Below are positions 9,507 through 18,864 of a DNA stretch of 64,000 nucleotides, one piece after another. Under the pieces are notes generated by a model. It was not told where the DNA came from. It ran no database searches and was given only the letters and a program-made list of their open reading frames with translations. Origin of the DNA: a virus (Duplodnaviria; Caudoviricetes); the IMG/VR virus record IMGVR_UViG_3300037755_000987, positions 1 through 64,000 of that record, one strand, 5' to 3'. Within the stretch, counting starts at the first letter, position 1; every line of letters starts with the position of its first letter. The translations under genes were made by a program, and so were the position numbers.

Positions 9507-9730
9507 CCGCCGTTCGTTACGTGCTGACCTCGCTGACCGCGTCGGGTGATCCGATCGAGGACCACGAAATCGACCTCGACGCCTTCCTTTCAGCAAACGA
9601 GTTCGACGACGAGGACCTCGCGATGATCCGCGCGCTCGAGCCCGGTGATGACGCCTTCGTCTACTTCGGCGGCGGCGCCGCGGTCACCTTCCGCCTGTCC
9701 TGTGAGCCGGCCGGTGTCGGGCAGCCCTGA
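9503..9730 (+). CDS. small acidic hypothetical protein
   Basis: ATGA overlap. Confidence 0.5.
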   Translation: MTAVRYVLTSLTASGDPIEDHEIDLDAFLSANEFDDEDLAMIRALEPGDDAFVYFGGGAAVTFRLSCEPAGVGQP

Positions 9731-10487
9731 CTGCGACCGCTGCGGCGGCCGCGGCTGGGTCGTCAAGAAGGACGGCGGCGCAGGGTCGGCGGCTCCCTGC
9801 CGGTGTCGAGCCGGCCACCGTCGCGAGCTGCTGTTGAAGCGCCTGGCGATCCCGGCGAAGTACGCCGGCGACTCGCTCGACAACTTCCTGACGACCCACC
9901 AGGACCCGGCTGTCGCGGCGCTGCTGCTGCGGGCCAAGGAGACGTCCCGGCGGTACGTCGAGTCGTTCATCGACGCCCGCCGCGGCGGGCACCGAACGGT
10001 GGGCCTCTGTTACACGGGCCCGCCGGGGTGCGGCAAGACGCACCTGGCGGTGTCGGTGCTGCGGCAGGTGGTCAGCGACTACCTGGTGTCGGGGATGTTC
10101 GTGGACTTTACCTCCTTCCTCCACCAGATCCGCTCGACCTACGATCCGGACTCGACCGTCCGGACCGACGACGTCCTGCAGCCGCTCCTCGCCGTCGACG
10201 TCCTGGTGATCGACGAGCTCGCCGCCCAGAAGCCGAGCGAGCACACGCTCGAGATCCTCTACCTGCTGGTCAACGGCCGGTACATCGCCTCGAAGCCGAC
10301 GATCTTCACCAGCAACTATCGCTTCCCGCCGGCGGACAAGCCCGAGAAGCGGGAGGAGCCGTCGTCGATCCACCTTCGCCTGTCGCCTCCGCTGGTGAGC
10401 CGGATCCAGGAGATGGCCTACATCCTGACCGTCGGAGGGTGGGACTTCAGGGCCGAGGTTCTGCAACACCACACGCGTCCAAACTGA
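9702..10487 (+). CDS. DnaC/IstB-like AAA+ helicase loader
   Basis: CDRCGG-CRC zinc finger; Walker A GPPGCGKT; Walker B VLVIDEL; TIFTSN; RIQEM; start uncertain. Confidence 0.88.
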   Translation: MSRPVSGSPDCDRCGGRGWVVKKDGGAGSAAPCRCRAGHRRELLLKRLAIPAKYAGDSLDNFLTTHQDPAVAALLLRAKETSRRYVESFIDARRGGHRTVGLCYTGPPGCGKTHLAVSVLRQVVSDYLVSGMFVDFTSFLHQIRSTYDPDSTVRTDDVLQPLLAVDVLVIDELAAQKPSEHTLEILYLLVNGRYIASKPTIFTSNYRFPPADKPEKREEPSSIHLRLSPPLVSRIQEMAYILTVGGWDFRAEVLQHHTRPN

Positions 10488-10493
10488 TATACT
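10485..10493 (+). promoter_or_regulatory. extended -10 promoter, class B
   Basis: TGATATACT followed by TCACC, CA-rich leader and GGAGG RBS. Confidence 0.6.
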
Positions 10494-10533
10494 TCACCCC
10501 ACCACACCACCACCACAAGGGAGGCACCCGCAC

Positions 10534-11028
10534 ATGCCCCACGACCCGCAGTTCGAAAACGCGACGCCCCGGACCATCTACACGCTCGGCTACGGCGGCG
10601 GCTGGGACCACGCGCTCGTCCTCCGGGCGATCGAAGCGGTCGACGGCATCCTGGTCGACATCCGCTTCAAGCCCTCGAGCCGCGATCCGCGGTGGCGTCA
10701 GCCGGCGCTTCGCCGAGTGTTCGGCGAGCGCTACCTCTGGCTCCAGGCGTTCGGCAACGAGAACTACAAGGGCGGCCCGGTCCGGCTGCTCGATCCGGAC
10801 GACGGCGTCGCGCGTGTGGCGGCGCTCCTGGGGCACGGCACGCCGCCGATCCTGATGTGCGCCTGCCGCGGCTGGGCTGGCTGCCACCGCCGGAACGCTG
10901 CGGAGCTCGCCAGCTCCCAACTCGGCGTGCCGGTGGTCCACCTTGAGGCGATGCGGTTCCAGCCGCCGGCCGCGGACTCGCTCTTCGCCGACCAGGCGAA
11001 GCTCGGGAAGGGAGGCGGCGATGGCTGA
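10534..11028 (+). CDS. DUF488 family protein
   Basis: TIYTLGY, LVDIRFKPSSR, Y-W---GN, LMCAC---CHR. Confidence 0.8.
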   Translation: MPHDPQFENATPRTIYTLGYGGGWDHALVLRAIEAVDGILVDIRFKPSSRDPRWRQPALRRVFGERYLWLQAFGNENYKGGPVRLLDPDDGVARVAALLGHGTPPILMCACRGWAGCHRRNAAELASSQLGVPVVHLEAMRFQPPAADSLFADQAKLGKGGGDG

Positions 11029-12751
11029 CCTCGGATCGCGACTTTTCCAGGGGCCGAAGTCGACCGGCGGCGAACGGGGGGTATGGATCGTGGCCTCAAG
11101 CTACGGCGAGGCGGCAGCGATCTACCGCAAGGTGCGGGCGAAAGAGCCCGCCGAACTGGTCCTCGTCGCGGCCGAAGATATCCTCACCTTGCCGCGGTTG
11201 TTGCGCTCCACCCCTGCTGAGGCCGCCGCTCCCCGCCCCGCAGAGACGCCCGACTGGCCCACCGTGGCTGCGAACGTAGCGGGGGCTCTCGAGGGATACG
11301 AAATCTTTCAAGCGAAGGCCGACTGGACCTCCGAGAACCTCACTGCCGCCGTGCTCGACGGATTGCGCCCCCTGTGGCCCGAGGCCCGCCCCGCAGAGAC
11401 GGAAGGGGCTGGCGGGATCTCGCTGATCGCAGCCGAACGGTGCCGGCAGGTGGAAGAGATCGACCGCCTGCTGCGGGTCGGGCAAGCTGCCGCCACCCCG
11501 CCCGCACTGTCACCGGAGCCGGAGACCGAAGCGGTCGAGCCTGAGCCGGAGCGAGCGCCCTTTGAGGAGCCGGGTGACGCCGAGCCGCCGTCACCGGAGG
11601 CGGGGGAGGCGGAGAGCGCCACACCGGGGATCAGCGACGAAGAGCTGGTGAGGCGGGCGGTGCGCAACGCCCGGCCTCGCCATCCCGCGGGAGGCGTCCG
11701 GTGGCACGCCGTCGTCGAGGCCCTGGCTGTCGGATCTAGCTACGCGGTGAATCTCTGCCGCCGCTTCAACCTCGACCCGAACGAGGAGCTGCCGGGGCGA
11801 ATGCTGGTGGAGGACGTTGACGAGGAGGTCTCCGTCCCCGAGCCGCCGGCCGGGGAGCCGCCAAAGCCGAAGTGCGGCATGCGGGACCCTGTGTCGCCGT
11901 CCTGGGTCTGCCTTCTCCCCTATGGACACCTCACCGTTTCCCGGTGCGAGTTCTCTGCGCCCGAGGTCGCCCGCCTCGCCGGGTTCGGGCCGCCCAAGCC
12001 GCTGTGCGGCGTCGCCGATCCGAACGGGTCCGCCTACCCGTGCAGCAAGTTCGCCGGGCACGAGCCCGCAGACCACAGCAATGGACACGGCGACTGGCCC
12101 GTCGAGCCGGCCGGGGAGCCGGAACCGGTGGCGGACCCGGCGGTCATGGGATACCGCTACGAATGCCAGAAGTGCGGGGACAGCGGCGTTCTGCTTTCCA
12201 GGCCGAGGTACTGCGGCGTGTGTGTTGGGGGAGACACGAGGGTCAGCACCGAACCGCTGATTCACCTCGCCGACCATCGCGCCGTCGCCGCCTCGCTGTT
12301 CGCCCCTCCCCCGCCTCCCCCGGCGGGACCGACAAGCGCCTACGTGGACATCGTGTTCGACGGGCCGCCATCGCACGAGTCGGGTCGCTTCGTCGAGGTC
12401 GAGGACGCGACGGGAGCGAGCATCAATCTCGGTGAGTGGGTCAAGAAGGGCGCGTACTGGCGGCTGCGCATCCCCGATCCCCGCGTGGCGCCTCCCCCGG
12501 CGGGACCGCCGGCCGGCAACGAAGGGACGGCGATGGGCATCGCTCCGCGCGACGTGCGCGACGCCTTCGACTTCTACAAGGTCGGCAACTCCTACGCGAA
12601 CACTGCGCGGTGGGCGAAGGTGCCGGGAGAAACCGAAGGTGCCCTCTGGTCGGCGTTCGAGCACGGCTACGAGGCTGGCCGCGCCGCCGTTCACGCCCCC
12701 CAAGCTCCTCCAACGGTCGCCGCCGACCCTACGCCCACCCCCGAGGGATGA
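11021..12751 (+). CDS. modular Pro-rich phage protein with repeat-bounded domains
   Basis: 577 aa; three in-frame direct-repeat pairs; small Cys/His modules. Confidence 0.65.
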   Translation: MADLGSRLFQGPKSTGGERGVWIVASSYGEAAAIYRKVRAKEPAELVLVAAEDILTLPRLLRSTPAEAAAPRPAETPDWPTVAANVAGALEGYEIFQAKADWTSENLTAAVLDGLRPLWPEARPAETEGAGGISLIAAERCRQVEEIDRLLRVGQAAATPPALSPEPETEAVEPEPERAPFEEPGDAEPPSPEAGEAESATPGISDEELVRRAVRNARPRHPAGGVRWHAVVEALAVGSSYAVNLCRRFNLDPNEELPGRMLVEDVDEEVSVPEPPAGEPPKPKCGMRDPVSPSWVCLLPYGHLTVSRCEFSAPEVARLAGFGPPKPLCGVADPNGSAYPCSKFAGHEPADHSNGHGDWPVEPAGEPEPVADPAVMGYRYECQKCGDSGVLLSRPRYCGVCVGGDTRVSTEPLIHLADHRAVAASLFAPPPPPPAGPTSAYVDIVFDGPPSHESGRFVEVEDATGASINLGEWVKKGAYWRLRIPDPRVAPPPAGPPAGNEGTAMGIAPRDVRDAFDFYKVGNSYANTARWAKVPGETEGALWSAFEHGYEAGRAAVHAPQAPPTVAADPTPTPEG

Positions 12752-13824
12752 AGCCGCGCAGGCTGACCACCGACTGCCCGGGCTGCCCCGTCTACGCCGC
12801 CGGAGCGGTCGGCGACGCCATCCGGAAGGTGCACCCCAGCGCCGGCGCCGGCGACCTCTGCCTCCACGCGGAGGAGCCGCGGCGACTGCGGGGCGAAGGC
12901 AAGCGCCCCTGCCGCCTCGACCGGCTCGAGGGGACGGACGTCTGGAACGAGCGGCTCGGCGTTCCCCTGCGCCCCCACCGTCCACCGCTTCGCTACTTCG
13001 GCTCGAAGTGGAGGATCGCCCCCTGGATCGTCGCCCACTTCCCGCGACACGACTGTTACGTCGAGCCCTTCTGCGGTGGCTTGTCGGTCCTGCTGCGGAA
13101 GCCGCCGTCGATCTTCGAGTACGTGAACGACCTGGACGACGAGGTGGTGACGTTCTTCCGGGTCCTGCGGCGGCGGCCTGCCGAGCTCGTCACCGCGATC
13201 GAGCGGACGCCGTTCGCACGCCGCGAGCTGGAGCTGGCACGCGAGCCGGTAGAGGACGGCGACGAGCTCGAGGTGGCGCGCCGGCTCTACGTCCTGGCCT
13301 GGCAGGCGCGCGGCGGCCCCCGCATCCAGTGGAAGGCCGGATGGCGATTCCAGCGGCGCCAGGAGCGCGGGCGCTCCGCGATCCAGGACTTCGTCGACAC
13401 GAGCACCCTGGAGCTGGTGACTCAGCGGCTCCGCATGGTCGGCATCGAGCACGGAGACGCCTTCGCGGTCCTGCGCCGGTTCGACGGGGTCGAGACGCTG
13501 TTCTACGTCGATCCGCCCTACCTCGGCGACGTCCGCTCCGAGCGCTGGCGCAAGAAGGCGTACAGGCATGAGTTCCACCTGCTGGCCGATCACGCGCGGC
13601 TCGCCGAGGCGCTCAGTAGGGTCCGCGGCATGGTCGTCCTGTCGGGCTACCCCTCGCCGCTCTACGAGCAGCTCTACCAGGCTCGCGGCTGGGAGGTGCG
13701 GACGGTCAACGCGCAGACCGATGGCGGCCACGGCGACGTCGTCGAGGCGCTGTGGTTCAACCCGGCGGCGGTCGAGCGGGGGATCCACCCGCAGATGGAG
13801 CTCTGGGATGCGCCGGAGGCGTAG
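12748..13824 (+). CDS. Dam/D12-class N6-adenine DNA methyltransferase with Cys-rich N-terminus
   Basis: YFGSKW, YVEPFCGGLSV, YVNDLD, FYVDPPY, VVLSGY. Confidence 0.92.
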   Translation: MKPRRLTTDCPGCPVYAAGAVGDAIRKVHPSAGAGDLCLHAEEPRRLRGEGKRPCRLDRLEGTDVWNERLGVPLRPHRPPLRYFGSKWRIAPWIVAHFPRHDCYVEPFCGGLSVLLRKPPSIFEYVNDLDDEVVTFFRVLRRRPAELVTAIERTPFARRELELAREPVEDGDELEVARRLYVLAWQARGGPRIQWKAGWRFQRRQERGRSAIQDFVDTSTLELVTQRLRMVGIEHGDAFAVLRRFDGVETLFYVDPPYLGDVRSERWRKKAYRHEFHLLADHARLAEALSRVRGMVVLSGYPSPLYEQLYQARGWEVRTVNAQTDGGHGDVVEALWFNPAAVERGIHPQMELWDAPEA

Positions 13825-14025
13825 CCGCGGCCGCGCACGCGCGTCAATCAACACCACCACCCACCTCGGCGCCGATTGTGCGCGCACGACGCCGTCGTGC
13901 TGCATATGCTTCGACCGTCCAGGCGGGGAGGACGCGCTGTGCCCGCTGTGCCGAGAGAACTTCCGGAGGGCTGGGGTCGGCGCAGAGCCCGGTCCCGTAA
14001 ATTCGGCGATCGACACCCGTAACCC

Positions 14026-14054
14026 TTGACATCGGCGAGTCACTTCCATATACT
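14026..14054 (+). promoter_or_regulatory. sigma70-type promoter, class A copy 2
   Basis: TTGACA-17 nt-TATACT. Confidence 0.9.
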
Positions 14055-14116
14055 TCTCTCATAGGAAGCAACCCGGCCCCGCACGGGCCATGACCAGAAC
14101 CACGGAGGAACGACCG

Positions 14117-14728
14117 ATGCCCCGCAAGACCAGGAAGACCGAGCCCGACTCCCCCGCCAACGTCCTCGACTTCGCGCCGAGCGATGCAGGCGCCGACCAG
14201 GCGACGACCGAGACGACCACCACCCCCGAGCACTGGACCGAGGCCGAGGAGAACGGCAAGGCGGTGTTCGTGCGCGCCGACGGTTTGGCGCGGGTGTTCT
14301 GCCCGAACACGAAGTGGGTGGTCGAGGTCGGCGACGAGATCCTCCAGCGCCGCTACTTCTCCACCCCCGCCGGCGCGATCGAGGCCGCCAACCGCGCCCT
14401 CGCGAAGTCCGAGGTCCTGGACCCGTCGGCCGAGCCGGTGAGCCTCCGCGGCGATGCGAAGCCGAAGCGCGCGAAGGTCACCTCCAGCATCGTGGCGGCC
14501 GACCGCGACGACCAGGGCCGCGTGCCTCCGGTGACGCCCGAGATCGACCCGGACTTCGCCTCGCTCACGGGATGGACGGTGGCCGAGAGCGAGATCGTCG
14601 GCCCCGCCGGGAAGCTCGTGATGGTCGGCAACAGCCGGTGGCAGGGCTACGACGTGAAGGGGTCGAAGGTGGGCGGCGTGTACCGCTATCCCTCCCGCGC
14701 GGCCCGCTGCGTCGAGCGCGCGGCCTGA
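14117..14728 (+). CDS. hypothetical protein
   Basis: CACGGAGG RBS after promoter. Confidence 0.65.
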   Translation: MPRKTRKTEPDSPANVLDFAPSDAGADQATTETTTTPEHWTEAEENGKAVFVRADGLARVFCPNTKWVVEVGDEILQRRYFSTPAGAIEAANRALAKSEVLDPSAEPVSLRGDAKPKRAKVTSSIVAADRDDQGRVPPVTPEIDPDFASLTGWTVAESEIVGPAGKLVMVGNSRWQGYDVKGSKVGGVYRYPSRAARCVERAA

Positions 14729-14731
14729 TCC

Positions 14732-14795
14732 TCCGGCGCCTGTGGACCGCCGGCGACCGGGCTTCAGACGGTGGCCGGCGGTGACAGACGCCGGA
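14732..14795 (+). promoter_or_regulatory. long intergenic hairpin
   Basis: About 27-bp inverted repeat with 3 imperfections. Confidence 0.65.
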
Positions 14796-14820
14796 TGGTC
14801 CGGCGAAGGAGGTACGAGCG

Positions 14821-15408
14821 ATGACGATGAAGAGGGTCTGGGAGTTCCGCCCCACGTTCAACGGCAAGGCTGCTGGCGCACCGTCGGTCCACCTGACCGA
14901 GGCCGAGGCGTACGCCGCGCAGCGCCGCTCGCACGTCGGCGGCCCGGTGGTCCAGGCGACCGAGGACGCCGCGGTGGTCGAGTTGATGACGGAGGGCCTG
15001 TCTCACACGCAGGCGTTGCGCGCACTGGCTGCGACGGCGAGCCTGGCGGTGCGCTTCACCGGCTTCCACGGGCGGACCGAGCTCGTCGTCACCGGCTTCA
15101 ACTGGCGCGCCTGGAACGAGGGCTTCGTCGCGGCCGACCTTACCGCGGCCGCTGTCCAGGCGATCGAGGAGGCCGACCTCGCCTACTGCCCTTCGCGCCG
15201 GCACGGCTCGCTCGACCCGTGCACATGTGGGGGCCTGCCGTTCCCCACGCCGGTCGTCTCCGCTGGGCCGGGCTCGACGCCGGTCCGGGTCGCGAACGGG
15301 GCGGGTACCTACCTCATCCCGATCGAGTGGATCGACCTCGAAGAGGCGCCGGCGGCGATCCGTACCGCCGCCGAGGGCTCACGATCGACACCGGCGGCGC
15401 CGCGATGA
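14821..15408 (+). CDS. hypothetical protein
   Basis: AAGGAGG RBS. Confidence 0.65.
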   Translation: MTMKRVWEFRPTFNGKAAGAPSVHLTEAEAYAAQRRSHVGGPVVQATEDAAVVELMTEGLSHTQALRALAATASLAVRFTGFHGRTELVVTGFNWRAWNEGFVAADLTAAAVQAIEEADLAYCPSRRHGSLDPCTCGGLPFPTPVVSAGPGSTPVRVANGAGTYLIPIEWIDLEEAPAAIRTAAEGSRSTPAAPR

Positions 15409-15740
15409 CCGGCGCCAGCCAGGTCGAGGCGCCGTCCGGCGTCTGGATCGTCGTCGCGTGGTCGGACATGAGCGGCACCGAGTTGACCGGCCGCTACCTC
15501 GGCCGCTACCGGCAGGTGCCCGAGAGGCGTATTGCCGAGCAGGTCTACGCCTGCACGTGGTCAGCGCCCGAGAGCCCGGAACGCCGCGCTGAGGCTGACG
15601 ACTTCGTGGCCGAAAGGGCTGCGGAGGATGACGTCGTCCGCGCGGCCGTCTTCGTCTTCCCAGCATCGGAAGAAGACCCGCTCAGCCGAGCTCGCCGAGA
15701 GCTGCTCGCGACCGCGACGAAGTTGAGGGGGCCGCGCTGA
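15405..15740 (+). CDS. hypothetical protein
   Basis: ATGA overlap. Confidence 0.55.
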   Translation: MTGASQVEAPSGVWIVVAWSDMSGTELTGRYLGRYRQVPERRIAEQVYACTWSAPESPERRAEADDFVAERAAEDDVVRAAVFVFPASEEDPLSRARRELLATATKLRGPR

Positions 15741-16270
15741 TGTTCCACCTCGAGCTTGGCCGCCTCTGCGCCCTCCAGGAGGAGTTCGAACCGCCGCTGA
15801 CGTTCGAGACGGCAGAGCAGCTCGCGAAGGCGCTCAATAGCCGCGAGAACCGGAACCGCCACCACCGCGTCACCGACGACGTCGGCCGCCACTTGAACGG
15901 GTTCGTCCTCGCGCAGGACTACGCTCTCGGCGTCGGCGATCGCGGGGTCCGCCTCGCCCGCGGGGCGTACTTCCTGTCGATGCCCGACGGCCTCAGGCCG
16001 CTGACCGACGACGAGGCGGCGCTCCTGGTCCACGTCGAGCGCTGGGGCTCGGAAGGCTACCCGATTCAGAGGCGCTCGGAGGGGAGGTCCTGGCACATCG
16101 GTCCGTGGCGCTCCTGGCGGGGCTTCCCGGCGACGTATCCGACGAAGCGGGCCGCGGTCGAGCAGTTCGAGCGCTGGAAGGACCTGGCGCTCGAGCGCTG
16201 GGGCTCGATGAAGCGGGAGCGGCCCCACCTGATGCTGACCGGCGTGGGGGTGCGCGATGCAGGTGCGTAG
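15740..16270 (+). CDS. hypothetical protein
   Basis: TGATG coupling. Confidence 0.6.
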   Translation: MFHLELGRLCALQEEFEPPLTFETAEQLAKALNSRENRNRHHRVTDDVGRHLNGFVLAQDYALGVGDRGVRLARGAYFLSMPDGLRPLTDDEAALLVHVERWGSEGYPIQRRSEGRSWHIGPWRSWRGFPATYPTKRAAVEQFERWKDLALERWGSMKRERPHLMLTGVGVRDAGA

Positions 16271-16592
16271 CGTCTACTTCCAACTCGTCGACGACGCCGC
16301 GGCGCAGGGCAAGGAGCTGTGGCGGACGCTGACCCGCGAGGGTCGGATCGAGCCGACCTTCCTCTACTGCCGACCGTCCTTCGGGCGGGCGCGCGGCGAG
16401 CTACGGCTCTTCCCGCAGTCGGAGGACCCGCCCGCCGGCGAGGGTTGGGAGCGCGTCGTCGACGAGCCGGTGCGAGGGAGCCACCCGGTCTTCGAGGCGG
16501 GGTGGCTCTGGCAGTGGATCCACGACCACGGCCGTCGCGCCCCGATCCTTCCATCACGACTGCCCGGCGACGCCGGCGGAGGTGACGAGTGA
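16257..16592 (+). CDS. hypothetical protein
   Basis: Overlapping chain of small ORFs. Confidence 0.55.
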   Translation: MQVRSVYFQLVDDAAAQGKELWRTLTREGRIEPTFLYCRPSFGRARGELRLFPQSEDPPAGEGWERVVDEPVRGSHPVFEAGWLWQWIHDHGRRAPILPSRLPGDAGGGDE

Positions 16593-16786
16593 ACGACGAG
16601 CGAACGGAGTACGCCTTTGGCGGAGCAGCGAGGACCGCGGAGGTGGCCGCCGGGTTGGTCCACCTCTCCTGCTACTTCGAGGTCACGCCCATACACGACG
16701 GCCAGTGGAAGATCGCCGTCCATCCCCGCGACGAACCGCTCATGGCGCGGGCGATCCGAGGGGTGGCGTTACAGGAGGAGGACTGA
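16589..16786 (+). CDS. hypothetical protein
   Basis: GTGA overlap; GGAGG RBS. Confidence 0.5.
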   Translation: MNDERTEYAFGGAARTAEVAAGLVHLSCYFEVTPIHDGQWKIAVHPRDEPLMARAIRGVALQEED

Positions 16787-16789
16787 CCG

Positions 16790-17251
16790 ATGAACGACTC
16801 GACGTTCCCAGAAAACGGCGGAGGCTGGTCGCTCGTTACGGCCCTGCCGGTCGTGCCGCCGGTCACCATTCGCAGCCTGTTGGGTGGCCTGGTGCTGACG
16901 ATGGCCGACCCGCCGCCCCTCTATCCGCGCCGGCGCGTTCGGCCCGTCACCGCGGACGACCGCCGGCGCTTCGCCGCCTTCGGCTCGACCGACGAGGCCG
17001 GCGTCCTCAGCGGGATGGTCGTCCAGGTCGATCACCGGGACGTGTTCGCGGTGACCCGAGAGCACGACCCGATCACGAAGGGTCGCCTGGTGCTGGTGGT
17101 CTACGTGCGGCCCAGCGCCTACGAGCGCGCGATCCGGATCAGCGCGTTGATGGCCGCCAAGCGGGCGCGAGAGCTGGAGGCGATCGCCGCCAGCCTGCCC
17201 AACCATCAGCAGAACGGTGGCCGCGCGCAGACCGGAGGCGGCCGTGGCTGA
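16790..17251 (+). CDS. hypothetical protein
   Basis: AGGAGG RBS. Confidence 0.6.
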   Translation: MNDSTFPENGGGWSLVTALPVVPPVTIRSLLGGLVLTMADPPPLYPRRRVRPVTADDRRRFAAFGSTDEAGVLSGMVVQVDHRDVFAVTREHDPITKGRLVLVVYVRPSAYERAIRISALMAAKRARELEAIAASLPNHQQNGGRAQTGGGRG

Positions 17252-17813
17252 CATCGCCTGTGCGAAGTGTGAAGAGCCCTGGGACGCCTACGGTGTTCGC
17301 CACGCGACCGACATGACCCGCATCGAGTCGCATCGCTTCCTCGCCGGCGAGGGGTGCCCGTCGTGCTGTTGGGGGAGGACCTGCACGCAGTGCGGCGGCA
17401 CCGGCCGTCAAGCCGGGAAGCGGTTCGGCCGAGCCTGCTTCTGGTGCTTCGACAAGGGCTTCGTGTTGGCCTGGTCGCCGCGAACGTCGGCTCGAGGCTT
17501 CGAGGCGGGACGGTTCTACGTCGGCTCCCATCCCGACGTGCGACCGCTGCCGGAGGACGCGAAGCCGTTCCTCGGCCAGGACACACCCGCCCCGCACGAG
17601 AGCGCGGACGGCTGGGTCGACAAGCGCTGGTTCTGGTGCCCGGACGGTTGCTCGGAGGACTGGCCGCCGTGTGTCTGGTGCGCTGGCTCCGGCAACCTCA
17701 CCATCCCCCAGGAGCGGGCGGACTGGTGCGCGCTGGAGGCCGCCAGCAGCGAGATCGAAGCGAGCGACGAGGACCCGTTCGTCATCCTTGAGCGGCGGGG
17801 GCTCGAGCCCTGA
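17244..17813 (+). CDS. Cys-rich (multi-CxxC) hypothetical protein
   Basis: CAKC, CPSC, CTQCGG, CFWC, CVWC. Confidence 0.6.
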   Translation: MADIACAKCEEPWDAYGVRHATDMTRIESHRFLAGEGCPSCCWGRTCTQCGGTGRQAGKRFGRACFWCFDKGFVLAWSPRTSARGFEAGRFYVGSHPDVRPLPEDAKPFLGQDTPAPHESADGWVDKRWFWCPDGCSEDWPPCVWCAGSGNLTIPQERADWCALEAASSEIEASDEDPFVILERRGLEP

Positions 17814-17843
17814 AACTTGTCGGGGAAACCCTTCCCGAACCCC

Positions 17844-17872
17844 TTGACTTCCTGAGGTCACTTCTATATACT
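17844..17872 (+). promoter_or_regulatory. sigma70-type promoter, class A copy 3
   Basis: TTGACT-17 nt-TATACT. Confidence 0.88.
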
Positions 17873-17898
17873 TCCCTCATAGAAAAGGGGACACGGAA

Positions 17899-18114
17899 AT
17901 GACCGATGCACCGAAGATGAGCGACGAGAGAATGCCCGGAACCAAGCTCCGCCTCGAGGTGACCATCGACGCGGTCGTTGTCGCGGACAACGGCGACGGC
18001 GTGGCCGCCCGGATCACCCACATCAACGGCGAGCCTGTCGGCGTAGTCGACGGGCATCCCTTCGTCCGGCATCTGGGTATCGCCGACGCCATCGAGGTCG
18101 TCGACCCGGCCTGA
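17899..18114 (+). CDS. small hypothetical protein
   Basis: First ORF after promoter; AAGGGG RBS. Confidence 0.55.
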   Translation: MTDAPKMSDERMPGTKLRLEVTIDAVVVADNGDGVAARITHINGEPVGVVDGHPFVRHLGIADAIEVVDPA

Positions 18115-18161
18115 CCACCTGGCTCCCGCACGGGCCACCAACCCAGAACCACGGAGGCACG

Positions 18162-18368
18162 ATGAAGCTCACCAACCCCGCTCTCGCTCCCGGCGATCGA
18201 GCGCTGTGGCACCGCCGAACGGCGCCGCGTCCCCGCCCCGTCGTGGTCTTGCAGCGCCTGCCGCTGAAAGTGCGCGTCCTCGACCTCGTCACCTCGACGC
18301 CGCGCAGGCTGGTGACCCGGGAGGTGTTCCCGGACAACCCGACAGCTCGACAGGCGGCGTCGCGGTGA
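18162..18368 (+). CDS. small basic hypothetical protein
   Basis: CACGGAGG RBS. Confidence 0.5.
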   Translation: MKLTNPALAPGDRALWHRRTAPRPRPVVVLQRLPLKVRVLDLVTSTPRRLVTREVFPDNPTARQAASR

Positions 18369-18655
18369 CCGCCGCCGGCTACATCGCCACCGACCGCGAG
18401 GGCGCCGCCATCTACGGCATCGGCGCGACCGCCGATGAGGCCATCGCAGACGCCCGCCGCGAGAGTAACGACGGCGAGGGCCAGTACGTCGTCGTCGCGG
18501 CGACCGCCGAGCTGCTCGACCACGTGCGAGAGCACGGGGGCGCCTCGTGGGCGGTTGCCTTCGAGCTGACCGACCGTTCCGGGGAGCCCGTCTCGTTCAC
18601 CTGCGCGGCCGAGTACGACGACCCCGACCGCTACATCGCCAAGGTGTCGGAGTGA
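18365..18655 (+). CDS. hypothetical protein
   Basis: GTGA overlap. Confidence 0.55.
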   Translation: MTAAGYIATDREGAAIYGIGATADEAIADARRESNDGEGQYVVVAATAELLDHVREHGGASWAVAFELTDRSGEPVSFTCAAEYDDPDRYIAKVSE

Positions 18656-18864
18656 CCGCCCCGCGCGCCACCCGACAGGCGGCCGAGGAGCGCTCGAAGG
18701 CTCGCCAGTACGGCACCACGGCGGGCCACTGGACGAATGCGCCGGGAGGCGACTACGCGGCCAAGGCTGCCGGCCACCACGCGCGGGTCGCGGCGCACTA
18801 CGCCATCCGAGCCATCGGCGGCGCCTGCCTCGACGGCTCCGCGATCTTGGATGTAGCGCCGTGA
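18652..18864 (+). CDS. hypothetical protein
   Basis: GTGA overlaps at both ends. Confidence 0.45.
   Translation: MTAPRATRQAAEERSKARQYGTTAGHWTNAPGGDYAAKAAGHHARVAAHYAIRAIGGACLDGSAILDVAP

Noticed and set aside
13860-14029. CCIC...CPLC zinc-ribbon reading after the Dam gene
   Set aside because: No start codon or RBS in that frame; at most a remnant
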